Part shown: piece by piece, positions 1-11,200 of the stretch | How the letters are laid out: the number at the start of each line of letters is the position of its first letter | Numbering within the stretch: the first letter of the stretch is position 1 | NCBI GenBank assembly: GCA_963817285.1 | Contig: CAWFOE010000008.1 | Location: 12,990 to 76,989, forward strand | From: an uncultured Pseudomonadota bacterium | GTDB taxonomy: Bacteria > Pseudomonadota > Gammaproteobacteria > Natronospirales > REEB76 | Length of the DNA stretch: 64,000 nucleotides | Direction: 5' to 3' | The notes under the pieces: model-generated | Database searches by the model: none | Seen by the model: only the letters and a program-made list of their open reading frames with translations | What the model was told of the DNA's origin: nothing | Position numbers and translations under genes: made by a program

Positions 1-627
1 ATGGCCCGCATCCTCCCTGAGATGCCTGAGATGGCGCCAGATCCACCAGACCGCTCCCGCCAGGATGATGGCGACGATCGCTGCATCGAAACGATGGAAA
101 TACACTCCCAGGCTGCCCCACTGCTCGCCCAAGCGCTCACCCACCCAGGCGAGGGCCCAGCACCAGATGAGAGAACCGATGAAACTGTAGGCGATGAACT
201 TGCCCATGCTCATGCGCGCGACACCCGCAGGGAAGGCGATGAAGGTGCGCACTACAGGCAGGAGACGACCTATCAGGATGATGATGTCGCCGTGCCGCGC
301 GAACCAGCGGTCTGCGAGATCGAGATCGCGATGGGAGATGAGGAGATACCGACCATACTTCTGCACGAGAGGGCGCCCGCCCCAGACGCCCACCGCATAG
401 GCCACCAGAGAACCCAGTACGCATCCGATGGCGCCAGCGAGGGCCACGCCCCAGAGAGAGAGTTCTCCGCGCGATACCAGATACCCGGCGAACGGCATGG
501 TGACTTCAGAAGGCAGCGGGATGCAGGCGCTCTCGATGGCCATGAGCAAGACGATGCCGCCGTAGCCCAGGGATGAGATCACGCCGATGATGAAAGTAGC
601 GAGACCCGCCAGCAGTTTACCGAGCAT
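1..627 (-). CDS. dedA: DedA family membrane protein (3' end runs off window)
   Basis: Not in ORF track; manual translation from ATG 627: MLGKLLAGLATFIIGVISSLGYGGIVLLMAIESACIPLPSEVTMPFAGYL...IGRLLPVVRTFIAFPAGVARM, with the DedA motifs ESxxxPLPSE and GRxxPxxR. Confidence 0.9.
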   Translation of the reverse strand, partial: MLGKLLAGLATFIIGVISSLGYGGIVLLMAIESACIPLPSEVTMPFAGYLVSRGELSLWGVALAGAIGCVLGSLVAYAVGVWGGRPLVQKYGRYLLISHRDLDLADRWFARHGDIIILIGRLLPVVRTFIAFPAGVARMSMGKFIAYSFIGSLIWCWALAWVGERLGEQWGSLGVYFHRFDAAIVAIILAGAVWWIWRHLRHLREDAGH

Positions 628-630
628 GGG

Positions 631-2631
631 TCAGTGCCGGTCTTCGCCGCGGGAAAGTCGGCGGACGCGCAGGTCATTGAGTTGCAGGCGGATACCGAGC
701 TCCATGGTCCGGTCCGGCGGTATCTGGTAGAAGTCCGTGGCCCGCAGGGCATTGCGCGAGAGGAAGGCGAAGAGTTTCTCGCGCCAAGCCCACATGGAGC
801 GGGCGTTCTTGAGACCCGACACCAGGGTCTCGCGGCCGATGTAATAGGTCGCCTTCTCTGGGTCCATGTTCAGGCCGAAGTTCTTCACCTTTGACAAGGC
901 CTTCGGGATGTTCGGTATCTGCATGAAGCCATAGTGCACGTAGATCCGGTAGAAGCCCTGGTCCATCTTCTGGAACTCCAGTCGTTGGGCAGGATGCACC
1001 AAAGGCACGTCATCCGTGAGCACCGATAGGAGTATCACCTGCTCATGCAACACCTGGTTCAGTTCCAGGTGGCGTTGCAACATGGGTGGTGTGCCCAGGT
1101 TCGGCGCGGCCATGAAGATAGCCGTGCCCGGCACCCGTACCGGTTTGATGCGCTTGATGTGCTCCAGGAACACATCCAGGGGTTCGGTGCTCTCGCGCAG
1201 GCGCTCGATGAGGTTGCTGCGACCGGTACTCCACGTGGACATGATGGTGAAGCCGATGAGGCCCACTAGAAGCGGCAACCAGCCGCCATCCCAGATCTTG
1301 TAGATGTTGGCGAAGAAGAACATCAGGTCCACGACCAGGAGGCCTGCGGTGATGGGATACACCGCGAGCGGGCTCCATTTCCACTGATCACGCATGGCGA
1401 AGAAGATCAGCACCGTGGTGATGACCATGGTGGAGCTGACCGCTACGCCGTAGGCCGTGGCCAGATTATCCGAGGTGCGGAAGCCCAGCACGATGCCGAT
1501 GGTCGCCACCATAAGTACCCAGTTGAGGGCGGGTACGTAGAGCTGTCCCTTCTCGTCCATGGAAGTGCGCACGATGGTGAGGCGCGGGCTCTGGCCGAAT
1601 TGGATGGCCTGACCCATTAGAGAGAAGGCACCGGAGATGACCGCCTGGGAAGCGATCACCGTGGCGATGGTTGCGAGCGCCACCAGGGGATACAGGAACC
1701 AGGCGGGCGAGAGGCTGTAGAAGAGCTGTTGCGCACCGTGCTCCGGATGGGCGAGCAACGCCGCACCCTGACCGAGATAGTTCAGCACCAGAGCTGGCAT
1801 CACATACCAGAACCAGGCGAGGCGGATAGGACCACGGCCGAAATGACCGATGTCCGCGTACAAGGCTTCCGCCCCGGTGACGCACAGGAACACGGCACCT
1901 AGCACCAGGATATCCGCGAAGCCGTGATGGAAGATGAATCCCACGGCATAGGCCGGATTGAGAGCCATGATCACCATGGGGTAATGCAGGATCGCGTTCA
2001 CGCCCAAGACCGAGATCACGATGAACCAGACAGTCATGACCGGGCCGAACACTGCGCCCACCCGGCTGGTACCGTTGCGCTGGATGGCGAATAGGATCAC
2101 CAGCACCACCACCGTGATGAGGATGATGTGCGTGCGAGACAGGGCGACGGAGCCGAGCTGCAGGCCCTCCACCGCGCTCAACACCGAGATAGCCGGCGTC
2201 AGCATGCCGTCGCCGTACAGGAGCGCGGCGCCGAAGATGCCGAGAGCGATGAGCAGGCGCGCGCGGCGCTTATGTCTCCGGCCCCATGGATCCAAGAGAG
2301 CCAGGAGCGCCAGGATGCCGCCCTCGCCTTTGTTGTCAGCGCGTAGTACCAACGATTGGTATTTAAGGCAGACGATGATGACGAGCGACCAGAACACCAA
2401 AGACAACACGCCGAGGACGTTCTCGGGGGTGATGGCGAGGCCGTTGGCGGAGGAGAAACAGCTGCTCAGGGTATAGAGGGGGCTCGTTCCGATGTCGCCG
2501 AACACCACGCCCAAGGCACCCAAGCCCAGAGCAAAGAAGCGCTTGCGGTCCATGTGGCCGTCACCATTCCCGTTGCCGTAGCCATTGCGGCGGCTGGTGG
2601 TTTCGGAGGTCTGTTCGTTGTTGTGCGACAT
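631..2631 (-). CDS. kup: Kup/HAK/KT potassium transporter
   Basis: GVVFGDIGTSPLY, RADNKGEGG, LLYGDGMLTPAISVLSAVEGL signatures; likely start ATG 2631. Confidence 0.97.
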   Translation of the reverse strand: MSHNNEQTSETTSRRNGYGNGNGDGHMDRKRFFALGLGALGVVFGDIGTSPLYTLSSCFSSANGLAITPENVLGVLSLVFWSLVIIVCLKYQSLVLRADNKGEGGILALLALLDPWGRRHKRRARLLIALGIFGAALLYGDGMLTPAISVLSAVEGLQLGSVALSRTHIILITVVVLVILFAIQRNGTSRVGAVFGPVMTVWFIVISVLGVNAILHYPMVIMALNPAYAVGFIFHHGFADILVLGAVFLCVTGAEALYADIGHFGRGPIRLAWFWYVMPALVLNYLGQGAALLAHPEHGAQQLFYSLSPAWFLYPLVALATIATVIASQAVISGAFSLMGQAIQFGQSPRLTIVRTSMDEKGQLYVPALNWVLMVATIGIVLGFRTSDNLATAYGVAVSSTMVITTVLIFFAMRDQWKWSPLAVYPITAGLLVVDLMFFFANIYKIWDGGWLPLLVGLIGFTIMSTWSTGRSNLIERLRESTEPLDVFLEHIKRIKPVRVPGTAIFMAAPNLGTPPMLQRHLELNQVLHEQVILLSVLTDDVPLVHPAQRLEFQKMDQGFYRIYVHYGFMQIPNIPKALSKVKNFGLNMDPEKATYYIGRETLVSGLKNARSMWAWREKLFAFLSRNALRATDFYQIPPDRTMELGIRLQLNDLRVRRLSRGEDRH

Positions 2632-2652
2632 GTTCAGGCTGCCCGCATCCCC

Positions 2653-2691
2653 AAAAAGCAACCGGCTGGTCTCGAAGCGAGGACCAGCCGG
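2653..2691 (-). terminator. Intrinsic-terminator-like hairpin in kup 5' leader (possible attenuator)
   Basis: 10-bp stem CCGGCTGGTC (2662-2671) / GACCAGCCGG (2682-2691), followed on the minus strand by TTGCTTTTT. Confidence 0.65.
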
Positions 2692-2762
2692 CGGATCAAT
2701 TCGGTTGATTTAATTCAATAGAATCAATAAGTTCGCTAGAAACCCCATGTCAGGGGCGCGAA

Positions 2763-2768
2763 ATTATA
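2763..2768 (-). promoter_or_regulatory. Putative sigma70 -10 element for kup-dedA
   Basis: Perfect TATAAT on the minus strand between the lexA stop and the kup leader. Confidence 0.5.
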
Positions 2769-2808
2769 CTCCAAAGGCTGTGACGTGCCAGTGGTGGCCG
2801 AAAAAGCC

Positions 2809-3411
2809 CTATTGGACCTTGGCATCCCGCATCACCCCCACCACCACCCCCTCGATCAGGAGTTCCTGGCTGCGGACATCCACCACGATGGGGTTGAAAG
2901 AGGGGTTTTCGGGCAGGAGGTGCACTTCAGGGCCTTGCAGGCGGTAACGCTTCACCGTCACCTCGTCCCCCAGGCGGGCCACCACGATCTGGCCATTGCG
3001 TACGTCCGCAGAGCGGCTGACGGCGACCAAGTCACCGTCCATGATGCCGGCGTCGCGCATGCTCATGCCGCGCACGCGCAGCAGGAAGTCGGGCTTGGGG
3101 TGGAACATATGCGGATCCATGCGTACCCGGCCTTCCAGGTGCTGTTCCGCCAAAATAGGACTGCCCGCCGCTACCCGGCCGACTACCGGGAGACCGGGAG
3201 GATCGGTAATGCGGATTCCCCGGGCAGCGCCGGGCAGTAAGGTAATCATACCCTTTCGGGCGAGGGCACGGAGGTGTTCCTCGGCTGCATTGGGAGATTT
3301 AAACCCCAGGGTGTCGGCGATCTCGGCGCGGGTAGGCGGCATGCCGGTTTCTTCTATAACCCGCTGAATAAGTTCGAATATTTCCTGCTGACGTGCAGTG
3401 GTACCGGCCAT
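2809..3411 (-). CDS. lexA: SOS repressor LexA
   Basis: [17 protein letters not shown] cleavage site, GMSM catalytic Ser, VTVK catalytic Lys. Confidence 0.98.
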   Translation of the reverse strand: MAGTTARQQEIFELIQRVIEETGMPPTRAEIADTLGFKSPNAAEEHLRALARKGMITLLPGAARGIRITDPPGLPVVGRVAAGSPILAEQHLEGRVRMDPHMFHPKPDFLLRVRGMSMRDAGIMDGDLVAVSRSADVRNGQIVVARLGDEVTVKRYRLQGPEVHLLPENPSFNPIVVDVRSQELLIEGVVVGVMRDAKVQ

Positions 3412-3431
3412 GATGGGGGACCTACCTATAC

Positions 3432-3466
3432 CTGATTAAAATTACAGCTTCTGTGATTATATACAG
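3432..3466. promoter_or_regulatory. Two tandem LexA (SOS) boxes
   Basis: CTGATTAAAATTACAG (3432-3447) and CTGTGATTATATACAG (3451-3466), both CTG-N10-CAG, immediately upstream of lexA. Confidence 0.9.
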
Positions 3467-3496
3467 GTATGGATGGATTGCAAGCCATTGATGGCC

Positions 3497-4011
3497 TTAT
3501 GGCCTTTCCCCCTCCTCTCGAGCCGCCTCCCAAGCATCGATTGCCCGGGTCATGGCAAAAGCAGCCTGTTTGAGGCTCTGGCTACCCGTTGGGCGCTCTC
3601 CCCGGCTGAGCTCTCCATAAGCCTTCTCCACATAGGCATCCTGGGGACCCAGGATGCCTTGGCGCAGCAACTGGAGATAGGCTGCGGTGAGGGCCTTGAG
3701 ACAGGCATCCACCTCAGGGACCTCGAGACCCGATTCAGTAAAGATCAGCGCGCAGACCGCGAGGGGTGCCGCTTCCAGCGCGGCCGCGGTGAAGCATCCC
3801 CAGGCTTGGCTGTGGTCTTCCAGGTAAGCATGCACCAGGGCGCTCACCATGCCGAGGAGCGCCAACATGGACGGCATGTCGTTGTAGAGGTGAGGATCGC
3901 CCCGTTGGGCCGCCATCTCCGCCGCCACCTGGAGCGCCGGTGCTGCCAGGAGCTGGTATTCACGTCGGCGTCAGCAGTGCCAGGCGCGCTATCCGCGAGT
4001 GTCGCGCTCAC
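3497..4011 (-). CDS. Hypothetical protein (probable frameshift near 5' end)
   Basis: ORF 3497-3928 extends in frame upstream (REYQLLAAPALQV) to about 3965; a GTG at 4011 overlaps the GST stop. Confidence 0.55.
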
Positions 4012-4666
4012 CGGCCCACTTCACTGGATTCCATGACTTCCTTCTCCTGCCGCGCATCATCTATCCATTCCTGCACCTGCGGATGGGCTTTGGCCTGCTC
4101 TATATAGTCCTGAGCCTCGCCCCGGAGTTGCACACCATAGGTGACGAAGCGCAAGGCCACGGGGATATACATGGCATCCGCGATGGTGAAACGGCCGAAG
4201 AGCCAGGGACCTCCACCTTTGTGTTGGGCACGGCAATGGTTCCAGATGGCTTCCACCCGTGCGATCTCCCCATCCACCTCCGGTCCCGGATGACTCGTCG
4301 GCCATCGGCGCGGCAGTTGAACGGCATGAGGCTACGGATGAGGTTGAAGCCCGAATGCATCTCAGCGCTCACGCTGCGGGCTTCGGCGCGATCTGCCAGG
4401 AAGTCGGGCCAGAGCCGCGCCGTGGGGAACTTCTCCGCCAGGTATTCGCAGATGGCGAGGGAATCCCAGATGGTGAGGTTACCGTGCTTCAACACCGGTA
4501 CCCTACCGGCACCACTGTAACGCATGATCTCCTTCTTGAATCCTGGTACGTACAGCACCACCCGGGTCTCCGTGAAGGCGGTACCCACATGCTTCAGCAC
4601 GAGCCAGGGACGCAGAGACCAAGAAGAGTAAGTCTTGTTGCCGATGATGAGTTCGAGCTTGTCCAC
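4008..4666 (-). CDS. Glutathione S-transferase family protein (frameshift near 4280)
   Basis: GNKTYSSWSLRPW, GRVPVL, DSLAICEYLAE, SAEMHSGF in 4100-4666; C-terminus WLFGRFTIADAMYIPVALRF in 4008-4277. Confidence 0.9.
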
Positions 4667-4688
4667 ATATCTCTCCGCAGGATGGGTA

Positions 4689-5684
4689 TCAGCGATTGAC
4701 CGTACTCATGTCCGCATAACGATTACCTGAAGCTATGCCCTTGGGAAAAGCCGCGTCGATGCGCTGCAGCTCATCCTGGCTGAAAGTGATGGACACGGCA
4801 GCGCCATTCTCTTCGAGGTATTTACGGCGTTTGGTGCCGGGGATGGGCACGATGTCCTGCCCTCGGCTCAACACCCAGGCGAGCGCGACCTGCGAAGGCT
4901 TGACCCCATGTTCGGCCGCCACCTTCTCCACTTGAGCCACCAGGTCCAGGTTCTTCTGGAAATTATCGTCCTTGAAACGGGGCACGTTGCGCCGCCAATC
5001 GTCCGGCGCGAGATCCTCGTATCTCTTGATGGCTCCTGTGAGGAACCCACGACCGAGAGGGCTGTAAGCCACGAAACCTATGCCCAGTTCCCGCACAGTG
5101 GCGAGCACGTCGTCTTCAGGATCGCGAGTCCAGAGGGAGTATTCGGTCTGCAGGGCGCTGATAGGGTGGATCTTATGGGCACGTCGGATGGTGGCAGACG
5201 AAGCCTCCGAGAGCCCGAGGTAACGCACCTTGCCCTGCTTCACCAGGTCGGCCATGGCGCCTACCGTATCCTCGATGGGGGTGCTGAGATCCACCCGATG
5301 CTGGTAATAGAGGTCTATGTAATCCACACCGAGACGCTTCAGGGATGCATCGCAGCAGGTGCGCACGTACTCGGGTCGGCCGTTGACGCCTAAGTACTTG
5401 CCGTCGGCGGTGCGCTGGTTGCCAAACTTGGTAGCAATGATATAGCGGTCGCGTTTGCCCTTGATGGCTCTACCCACCAGTTCTTCGTTGGTGAAGGGGC
5501 CGTACATGTCGGCCGTGTCCAGGAACTCCATGCCGAGGTCCAGGGACCGATGGATGGTGGCGATGGATTCCTGCTCGCCTTCCCCGCCCTTGTAGAAATC
5601 CGACATGCCCATGCAGCCCAAGCCGAGCGCCGAGACGGTGAGGCCCTGTCTGCCGAGTTTGCGTCGCGGGAATGCAGTGTTCAT
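4689..5684 (-). CDS. Aldo/keto reductase
   Basis: [44 protein letters not shown]. Confidence 0.95.
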   Translation of the reverse strand: MNTAFPRRKLGRQGLTVSALGLGCMGMSDFYKGGEGEQESIATIHRSLDLGMEFLDTADMYGPFTNEELVGRAIKGKRDRYIIATKFGNQRTADGKYLGVNGRPEYVRTCCDASLKRLGVDYIDLYYQHRVDLSTPIEDTVGAMADLVKQGKVRYLGLSEASSATIRRAHKIHPISALQTEYSLWTRDPEDDVLATVRELGIGFVAYSPLGRGFLTGAIKRYEDLAPDDWRRNVPRFKDDNFQKNLDLVAQVEKVAAEHGVKPSQVALAWVLSRGQDIVPIPGTKRRKYLEENGAAVSITFSQDELQRIDAAFPKGIASGNRYADMSTVNR

Positions 5685-5698
5685 GGGAGTCTCCTCCA

Positions 5699-6958
5699 TC
5701 AATCGAGTTTCAAGCGGAGGAACAGCATATAGGAACGAGGGCTGTCATAGGCAGTCTCGACCTGGCCCGGCAGCGCGTAGACGCTCACGAGACCACCCGC
5801 CCCAAACTTGAGATGCGCTGTCATGAGCCAATCACGTATGTAACCGACACTCAGCTTGCCTACGCCGAACACCTCCCCCGCCAGGGGTGAACCGGTGGTG
5901 ACCAATTCACCTTCCTGCACCCGTTCGGCCCGGGCGAAGAAGGTATCGCGGGCATCGGGCATGAGTTCGCTCTCGGCGAGCCAGGCATCCAGGGTGTGCC
6001 CCGGCTTGTCCCGGTCCTGCCCCCAGGCCACGGTGTTCGCCCAACTGCCTCCGGCATAGAGCGGCTGGGCGTACATGACAGATGCTGTGCTACGGTCCTG
6101 ATCCACTTCCGGCTGTAACTGCTCCGGGCTATGGATGTAGCCGCGGCTCACCTGCAGGGACCAATGCTCATCCGGATTCCAGGACAGACGCAGGGATGCG
6201 GAATCCAGGCGGCCGGTCTCGATGTTCCAGCGGAATTGATCAGGCTCGCGGCCATGGAAGGCGGAGGCTTCCAGCTTCACGCTGCCGATCACATAGCCTA
6301 GGGTGACGACGCCATCGCTCACGTGGGTGGAATCGAGCCAGTGATGAGAGATGGGTGCTTCTGGATCATCCATGCCCGACTCCCGGTGCATGAAAGCGGG
6401 GGCACCTAAGGCCGGCTCACCGGGCAGCCCTGCATAAGCATAGAACGATTGAGCATCCCCGAGATCATGGCTCCAGGTGGCAGCCAGTTCCATGAAGAAG
6501 TCATGGGGATGCTGCCGATCTATGAGGGGATGCACTCCATCAGCGGTCTCACCGCTCTGCAGCAGCAAGGGATACCCGTCTTTGCCCATGAGAGGATCCA
6601 GGGACAGCATGGAGCGGAAGCCCACGGTATCGGCGCCCCACTGCCGCTCTGCCATGGCCATGGCCATACTCTCGGAGAAATTCTCGTCTGCGCCCCGGGG
6701 CCCGCCCTGGTGGTCATACACCTGGTCCACGTAGCCATGCAGCATGGTCATCCAACCGCTCTGCATGGACATGATGCCGTCCATGGACGAGTCATCCGGC
6801 TGCCAGCTGGTGCCGGACGCTTCGCGAGTCATGGGATAGCTGCCGAGGGCCCCGGGCATGGCTTGGACATCCCCATCGTCGGCCTGTGCGCTTTGCGCGG
6901 TGAGGCAGAGGCTCAAAGCCAAGGCTGCCCACCCGGCCAGGTTGCGATACATCGTCAT
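5699..6958 (-). CDS. Secreted, probable outer-membrane beta-barrel protein, His/Met-rich
   Basis: Signal peptide (AQSAQA), amphipathic beta strands, C-terminal [10 protein letters not shown]; motifs [25 protein letters not shown]. Confidence 0.6.
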   Translation of the reverse strand: MTMYRNLAGWAALALSLCLTAQSAQADDGDVQAMPGALGSYPMTREASGTSWQPDDSSMDGIMSMQSGWMTMLHGYVDQVYDHQGGPRGADENFSESMAMAMAERQWGADTVGFRSMLSLDPLMGKDGYPLLLQSGETADGVHPLIDRQHPHDFFMELAATWSHDLGDAQSFYAYAGLPGEPALGAPAFMHRESGMDDPEAPISHHWLDSTHVSDGVVTLGYVIGSVKLEASAFHGREPDQFRWNIETGRLDSASLRLSWNPDEHWSLQVSRGYIHSPEQLQPEVDQDRSTASVMYAQPLYAGGSWANTVAWGQDRDKPGHTLDAWLAESELMPDARDTFFARAERVQEGELVTTGSPLAGEVFGVGKLSVGYIRDWLMTAHLKFGAGGLVSVYALPGQVETAYDSPRSYMLFLRLKLD

Positions 6959-6973
6959 ACACTCGCAGGAGAT

Positions 6974-9722
6974 CTAGAACCCGAGCCGGTAATCGCTGCG
7001 CAGGAGCGCAGCGAAGGCTTCTGCAGTCAGAGGTTTGCTGAAGTAGAAACCCTGCATGGCGTCGCAGCCGTGGCTGCGCAGGAACTCGCCCTGCTCGCGG
7101 GTCTCGACACCTTCCGCCACCACCGCCACCTTGAGGTTCTGCGCCATGCCGATGATGGCGACGGTGATGGCCGCGTCGTCCGGATCGAGGCTCATAGTCG
7201 CGTACGAAGGACTGGTCTATCTTGATCTTGTCCAGGTGGAAACGTCGCAGGTAGCTCAAACTCGAATAACCCGTACCGAAATCGTCCAGCGCGAGCCGCA
7301 CGCCCAGTTCGCCCAAGCGGCGGATGGTATTGCCTATATCACGTGTATCGCGCATCACGGCGCTCTCGGTGAACTCAAGTTCCAGATAGGGAGCATCGAG
7401 ACCGGTCTCGTTCAGTATCTCGGCGATCATGTCCGCCATGTTGCGCCGGTTGAACTGGATGGCCGAGAGGTTCACCGCCATGGGCATCTTGGGCAGTCCC
7501 TCCTGCTGCCAGGCACGGTTCTGCCGGCAAGCTTCCCGCAGCACCCACTCGCCCACTTCACCGATCATGCCGCTGCTCTCCAGCACCGGCACGAACACCG
7601 TGGGCGGGACGGGCTCCTTACCCGGGCTGTGCCAGCGCAAGAGCGCTTCCACGCCCACGATGCGTCCAGACTGCAGGTCTATCTGCGGCTGGTAGTGCAG
7701 GACGAACTCGCTGCGTTGCATGGCGAGCCTCAAGCTGCTTTCCAGAGAGAGGCGCTCGTAAGCCCTGCTGTTCATCTCCTGGGTGAAGAACTGGTAGCTG
7801 GAGCGGCCATTCTCCTTGGCCTGGTACATGGCGGCATCGGCGTTGCGCACCAGACCGTCTATATCCGTCGCATCATCCGGGAACAGACTGATGCCGATGC
7901 TGGGGCTGATGTGTAACTCGTACTCGCCGACGCTGAAGGCCACTGCGAATACTTCCAGCAGCTTCTCGGCGAAATGCGCCACGGCATGGGCATCGGTCAC
8001 ATCGCGCAGGATGAGCAGGAACTCATCGCCGCCCTGGCGGCTGATGGTGTCGCTGTCGCGCATGTTGTCCCGCAGGCGGCCGGCCACGGCCTGAAGCAGT
8101 TTGTCACCGGCCTCGTGTCCCAAGGAATCGTTCACAGTCTTGAAGCTGTCGAGGTCCAGGAAAAGCACTGCGAGCCTGGCATCGCGCCTACGCGCGTCAT
8201 GGATGGCTTGGCCCAAGCGATCCCGCAGGAGCGCGCGATTAGGCAAGCCCGTAAGGCTATCGTAATGAGCAAGCTGATAGACCTGTTGCTCGGCACGTTT
8301 GCGATCGGTGATGTCCGCGATCACGCCGTCGAAATACAGAGGTACCCCATCGGCGCCCTTGACGGTGATGGCACTGTTGGCACCGAAGAAACGACTGCCA
8401 TCCTTGCGCTGATATTCCACTTCCTCATTGTGGTACTGGCCCTTGTCGTCCAAGAGCCGCTCAAGTTCCTGCCGGCGACGTGGATTAGCGTAGAGGATCG
8501 GACCAGCCACGGTCATGAGCTCTGCAGCGGTCGCGTAGCCGAACATGCGTGCCAGTGCATCGTTAGCGTAGATCATTCCCTTATCGGGAGTGCTGCGGTA
8601 GATGCCGTCGGAGATATTGCCGGTGATGGAGGACAACAACTGCTGCTGCTCACGCAGAGAGACCGTCATCCGGGCGGCGAGCCGCAAGGCGCGGCTGCGA
8701 GTGAGGCCAAGGTTGAGCACCAGGAGTGCCAGAGGGATGCTGACCATGATGCCGGCCAGCACCGTGAAGAGGGAGGCAAGTGCGATGCTCGAGTGTTCAG
8801 TGAAATCCAGCGTCCACTGGCGTCCACCCAGGTCGATGGTGGTGGTGTAGGTGGAGTTGACCGTGGCCAGCATCCACCAATGATCAGGTTCCTGCTGCAT
8901 GTCGCCGCGGCTGAAGACGAAACCGTCCGCGCCCGGCACGCCGGCGTCGCGGATGTCCAGGTTCATCACCAGGCTGGCCGGCAAGAGATCCTGCACCATG
9001 GTGTCCACCGGCAGAGTCTCGGCTACCCAGCCAGAGAGGGCCGCACGCCGCCCACTGACCGTGGATATGTCCATGTGCGGTCGATAGAGAGTACGCACAG
9101 CCACCACACCCCGGTGCACCGTCTTCTGTTCGTCGGTGAGCTTAAGCGGTGCGCTCAACAGGGTGCTGTCTCCACTATCCCGCGCCAGCATCAGCACCTG
9201 TGCGCCGGCATGGGATACCTGGCAAGGGTCGAAACCCTGGGTGAAGTCGCCTGGCTCAGGAGGCGCGACGTAGACGATGGGGCAATAGAACTCGCGGGTG
9301 CCGGCCGGACGGATGTTGAACCCCGGCGCGCCGTCAGCCCGGGTGGCCGCCAGGAAGGACTGCAGTCGGGCATTGGGCACGTAGGCGAGATATTGCAGGC
9401 TGGAGATGCCCGGATACTTGCTGGGGAGCGAGAGGGCATCGGAGAAGGTGCGCCAGTCCGCTCGCTTCACGTCACCGGCCACCACGAACAAGCCGGTGCT
9501 GCTATCCAACAAGGCTAGATACTGGGTGAAACGCGCGTTGATGGTGTTCACCACCTGCGTCGCATACAGGGTGAAGCGCGCTTGGCGCGCTACTGCCTCA
9601 TTGCCACGGGTGATGCGATAGCTGATGGCAGTGAACGTGAGGCCGGCGGCCAGCACCGCCAGTGCTACCAAATAACTGCCACGCACGCTGCCGAGCGCCT
9701 TACCGGCGCGCACGAATCCCAT
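6974..9722 (-). CDS. CHASE-PAS-GGDEF-EAL diguanylate cyclase/phosphodiesterase (frameshift near 7195)
   Basis: TM-CHASE-TM, PAS, RQGGDEF, VEALLRW, DDFGTGYSSLSYL; C-terminal VAEGVET..QGFYFSKP in 6974-7195. Confidence 0.92.
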
Positions 9723-9825
9723 CCCGGGGCTCCCTAAATGTCAGCGAGACAACCCCGTTTTTAACATATACGCAGGGGGCGGGACTACTGTCCCAATATT
9801 GAGCGAAATTTACCCAGGCTTGGCT

Positions 9826-11193
9826 TCAGCACTCGGGGACGTTTACCGCAAGCCCACCGAGGGAAGTCTCCTTATAAATGCTGCGCATGTCGAGTCCGGT
9901 CTGGCGCATGGTGGAGATCACCTGATCCAGGGAGACTCGGTGCTGGCCGTCACCGTGCATGGCTAGCCGCGCGGCATTGATGGCTTTCACGGAGCCCATG
10001 GCGTTGCGTTCGATGCAGGGGATCTGTACCAGCCCGCCCACTGGATCGCATGTGAGGCCCAGGTTGTGCTCCATGCCGATCTCCGCAGCGTTCTCGATCT
10101 GGGCATCGCTGCCCTGCATGGCGGATACGAGACCGCCCGCGGCCATGGAGCAGGCGACACCCACCTCCCCCTGGCAACCCATCTCGGCGCCCGAGATGGA
10201 TGCATTGCGCTTGTAGAGTATGCCGATGGCAGCAGCCGTGAGCAGGAAGCGCAGGATGCCCTCCTCGTCCGCCTCTTCCACGAAACGGACGTAGTAATGC
10301 ATCACTGACGGGATGATGCCTGCGGCCCCGTTGGTGGGGGCTGTGACCACCCGTCCACCGGCCGCGTTCTCTTCGTTCACCGCCAGCGCCCAGAGGTTCA
10401 CCCAGTCCATGGCATCCAGCGCGGTGCTCTTCTTCTGTTGGCTCATGCGTGCATGCAGCACGGGAGCGCGACGCTGCACGTGCAGACCGCCTGGAAGCTC
10501 ACCGGTCTCACGGGTACCGCGGGCCACGCAGGCTTGCATCACCTGCCAGATCTTGAGCAGGCGCTTGCGGGTCTCAGCTTCAGGACGCCAGCTCTTCTCG
10601 TTCGCCAACATGAGCTCGGGGATGCTGAGCTCGTGCTTCGCGCACTGGGCCAGGAGTTCGTCGCCGGAGGTGAAAGGATAAGGCAGGGTCACATCCGCGG
10701 CCGCACCGCCTTGGCCCTCGTCACCGCGGATGATGAAACCACCGCCAATGGAGTAGAAATCTTCGGAGTGCAGGGACTGCTTCCCCGCATCCAAGGCGGT
10801 GAAGCGCATACCGTTGGAATGCTTCGGCAATACCTGGTCCCGGTGCATGAGGAGGTCGAGGGCCTCGTCGAAGGCGATCTCGCGCTTGCCCAGGAGCTTG
10901 ATACGATGCGTCGTACGGATATGCTGCAGACGCGCTTCGATGGTGTCGGGGTCTATGCCATCGGGAGTATCACCCTCTAAGCCTAAGAGTACTGCTCTAT
11001 CAGTCCCATGACCTTTGCCCGTGAGAGCGAGGGAACCATATAGCTGCACCGCCACCTGGCTCGTGCGCTCGAATAGCCCTTTCTGCTCCAGATCGAGCAG
11101 GAACTGGCGCGCCGCACGCATGGGCCCCACGGTATGAGAACTGGAAGGCCCGACGCCGATCTTGAAGATGTCGAAGACGCTGACGGCGGTCAT
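9826..11193 (-). CDS. sdaA: L-serine ammonia-lyase (Fe-S)
   Basis: [48 protein letters not shown]. Confidence 0.97.
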   Translation of the reverse strand: MTAVSVFDIFKIGVGPSSSHTVGPMRAARQFLLDLEQKGLFERTSQVAVQLYGSLALTGKGHGTDRAVLLGLEGDTPDGIDPDTIEARLQHIRTTHRIKLLGKREIAFDEALDLLMHRDQVLPKHSNGMRFTALDAGKQSLHSEDFYSIGGGFIIRGDEGQGGAAADVTLPYPFTSGDELLAQCAKHELSIPELMLANEKSWRPEAETRKRLLKIWQVMQACVARGTRETGELPGGLHVQRRAPVLHARMSQQKKSTALDAMDWVNLWALAVNEENAAGGRVVTAPTNGAAGIIPSVMHYYVRFVEEADEEGILRFLLTAAAIGILYKRNASISGAEMGCQGEVGVACSMAAGGLVSAMQGSDAQIENAAEIGMEHNLGLTCDPVGGLVQIPCIERNAMGSVKAINAARLAMHGDGQHRVSLDQVISTMRQTGLDMRSIYKETSLGGLAVNVPEC

Positions 11194-11200
11194 GGGATGC

